From the human T2T-CHM13v2.0 reference genome, Homo sapiens: a stretch of 64,000 bases of DNA. Location: NCBI RefSeq assembly GCF_009914755.1, contig NC_060937.1; one strand, written 5' to 3'. Positions 56,177 through 64,000 of the stretch are shown in pieces (the stretch's first letter is position 1; every line of letters begins with the position of its first letter). Below the pieces are notes generated by a model that saw only the letters and a program-made list of their open reading frames with translations, made no database searches and had not been told where the DNA came from. The position numbers were made by a program, and so were the translations under genes.

Positions 56177-57084
56177 CTATCCTTCACCTCCTTTGCACAC
56201 GGGCTTCTCCCTGGGTATTAGTGAGGGCCTGGTGACAACCTTCTCACTGTCTCCCTTCTCCTCCACCTCCCACCTGGGCTCCCATGGAGACCCCATCAGT
56301 CTGGGCCCGCATCTGGTTGCGCTCCACCGGCTGCTAGGACTTTCCTCGCAGGGGGCCATTTCCCCTCCACACAGTGGTTCTTCAGGGGGATCCATAAAGC
56401 CTCCTATGCTTGCCGCCCATTGGCCTGTTGGCTCACACTGCCACACACCATGTCCACAAGCGCCAAACACACGCAACTCCTCTCTGAGTCCTCCCAGGGG
56501 CCAGCGCACTCTCCACCCTCCCCTCTGGAGCCATTCCCAGCTGTGTTGCGGCCGTCTGGCCCTCTCCCCACAGCACCCCTGCAGCCTCTCTGGTCTGGGC
56601 AGGCGAAGGTCTCCTGCAGGGCCCTGCCTGCCGGTAACGGCACAGCGTCTGGGGCTGCTCAGTGACTGGGCACCCTCAGGCTGTTTGTGTGTCGCCTAAT
56701 GTGGACTGTGCCCCAGCGGAGGGCCCTGGGGCATGTGAGGACCCTTTGTGAGCAGGCGGGAGCACATCCACCTTTGATTCTAGTCCCTCATTGTGGAAGA
56801 TGAGGGATTTGGATCTTCACTGATTTGCCCCAGCCTGAACCATATTAGATCTCACATCCTGTGAACAATGGCAGCCTCCTGCTTTTGTCCTGAGAAGCAT
56901 TTGGAGCGCTCCTCCAGTGACAGATGCAAACCCACCTTGCTCATGCTCCTGCCCAGCCGCTGGCGCTCTGTCAGCAGGAACAAGTCTAGGGGCCCATGGC
57001 TTCCCTCAGGCCCAGGCCCACCCTGCCTGCCACTTGGCCAACATTCCCCCCCAACTCCCGTTTAACTCAACTGATCTCCCCTCC

Positions 57085-59712
<2,628 letters not shown>

Positions 59713-60185
59713 TCTTCTCAGACACCCAACCACCGGCTCCTGAGCTGCGACAACTCCGTGTCACCTTTTCACCGCCCCCCACCTAGCCCCAAATCCCCAA
59801 TCCAGGCCCAAATCCCCGCTCCAACCCCCAATCCGCGATCCAATCCCCCATCCGCGATCCCAAATCTGCGATCTAGCCCAGAATCCGCGATCCAGCCGGG
59901 TCCACCACAGCCTTCAGCAGCGACACTCCCAGCTTCCGACCTCTTAGATCCAGTGAGCCTCGCAAGGGCATTAGCAGCGCCCCTGCACGGCGGGGGCCGC
60001 CCGGCTCCCAGAAGCCGCTCCCAGGCGGCGCGCCGGCAGGTGGGGCTCCAGCCCGGGGCAGTCGCCGCTGGGCTCGCGGGTTCTCCTGAGCTGGTCCGGG
60101 CTGCCCCAGGACCACAGGCGCAGGATCGCAGGCGCGCAGCCTGCCCGGCCTCAGGAGCAGGGCCTGTCTGGCCGTGCAGCCCCAC
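59713..60185 (-). promoter_or_regulatory. CpG island resembling the ANKRD18/ANKRD20A-family promoter and 5'UTR, truncated before the ATG
   Basis: High CpG density; minus strand reads ggtcggaagctgggagtgtcgctgctgaagg..ggatcgcggatt repeats..gagccggtggttgggtgtctgagaaga, which I recall as the ANKRD18/20A 5'UTR (from memory, not a search). Confidence 0.6.
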
Positions 60186-60330
60186 TTAATCTTAATAGCA
60201 AATAAAACTCAACAGTATGCTGTGGTATATTCTACAATGATTCTACACAATTGTAGATTGCATTAGAATAATGTTTTTTAAAATTATTTTCTCGGTAACA
60301 AATGGACACTCGAAATTTTATTTATTTTAA

Positions 60331-60656
<326 letters not shown>

Positions 60657-60807
60657 TAAATTTTATTTTTTAATAATGCCAAGTGATTTCATTTTAAATT
60701 AAACTGCACCATAAATTGGATTATTTTCCTGCATGAGTACCTTGCTCTTCAAACAAAAACATTTTTTGAAGACCAAATATATTGCATAGTTTTTTTAAAA
60801 ATAGCTC

Positions 60808-61093
60808 TGCCTGTGTGCATTGGCTTACGCCTGTAATCCCAACACTTTGTGGAGGCTGAGGGAGGAGGACTGTTTGAACCCAGGAGTTTGAGACCGGCCT
60901 GGGCAACACAGTGAGACACTGGCTCTACAAAAATCTTTCTTTAAAAGTTAGCCAGGTATGGTGGTGCACAGCCATGGTCCCAGACACTTGGGAGGTTGAG
61001 GTGGGAGGATAGCTTGATCCTGGGAGGTTGAGGCTGCAGTGAGCTACGATTGCACTCCCGCCTGGGTGACAGAGCAAGAATCTGTCTCAAAAA
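60808..61093 (+). mobile_element. AluJ
   Basis: Alu dimer with J diagnostics. Confidence 0.85.
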
Positions 61094-61839
61094 AATGTTC
61101 TTACTGTATAAGAAATTATGAATGACATTTATTTTGTTAAAACAGTATATTTTATCTACAAAAGGAGTAAAAGACAGTAATAGAAAAATTGGCACATAAA
61201 GAAACAAAAATGCTAAAAAATTCAAATTTACCAATAATCCTATCACCTAAATTGATAATTTTTAATATAATTAAATGTAGGATTTTAAAATAAATTTCTT
61301 TTAATTTATTTATTTAAACATATAGATTATTTTTAGACCCTCTTCAGACATCCCCTGTTGAATAAGTTCCATGATTTACAGGCCTACTCTCTCTATTGTT
61401 AAATACTGTATTGCTTTCAATGAACAACATTTTTTATAAACATTTTCACAGAAACAAATTTGGGCACATTGAGACATGTTTTCTTTTCAAAAAGTCCTAG
61501 CAGTTTAATTACTGTGTAAAGAGATATTAATGTATAATTTTCACACATATTGACTAACATCCCTGCAAAATGTTGAATCAATTTATACTTTCAGCACCAA
61601 TCAGCAAATTAATGTCCATTATGCTTTTGCTTCACCAAAACTGATACCTATATTTTATTTTGCTAGACAAAAATACATATTATCTTAATTTGCGTAACTG
61701 TATTTAATAGAAAGATTAAATTTTTTTCCGATGTATCATAGGGCATCATTTTTTCTTGAGTCTGGTGGGTGCTTAGTTCCTTTAAAGCATTAATCATGTA
61801 TACATTAATTTTATGTGCAAAACAATCATTAAGTACAAT

Positions 61840-64000
<2,161 letters not shown>

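Noticed and set aside
59758-60189. 143-aa and 138-aa Pro/Gly/Ala-rich ORFs
   Set aside because: CpG-island composition effect; no ankyrin coding sequence is present

Overview
Primate (human-like) genomic DNA, dense in repeats, with no intact protein-coding gene that I can support. It appears to be a mosaic of duplicated blocks with abrupt junctions near 19.47, 21.24 and 59.71 kb. Main contents: (1) a full-length but disrupted L1PA element (minus strand, ~4950-11126) nested in an older L1; (2) a vomeronasal type-1 receptor (V1R/VN1R) pseudogene (12680-13931) broken by a young AluY, an inferred 2-nt deletion and an 11-nt Alu-head scar; (3) an ERV1 gag remnant, L1MA/L1PB, L2 and MaLR fragments and several dozen Alus; (4) minisatellites seeded from transposon segments (45-bp MER53-like, 110-bp MaLR, 49-bp MLT1D), plus a 26-bp VNTR and large TATC, CT and GAA tracts; (5) several local templated insertions, a fold-back inversion and Alu-Alu duplications; (6) a CpG island resembling the ANKRD18/ANKRD20A promoter and 5'UTR, cut off just before its start codon. 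I found no CRISPR array and no novel enzyme system. The most interesting signals are rearrangement and repair scars and orphaned regulatory modules. Repeat family and subfamily calls come from remembered consensus sequences and need RepeatMasker/Dfam confirmation.
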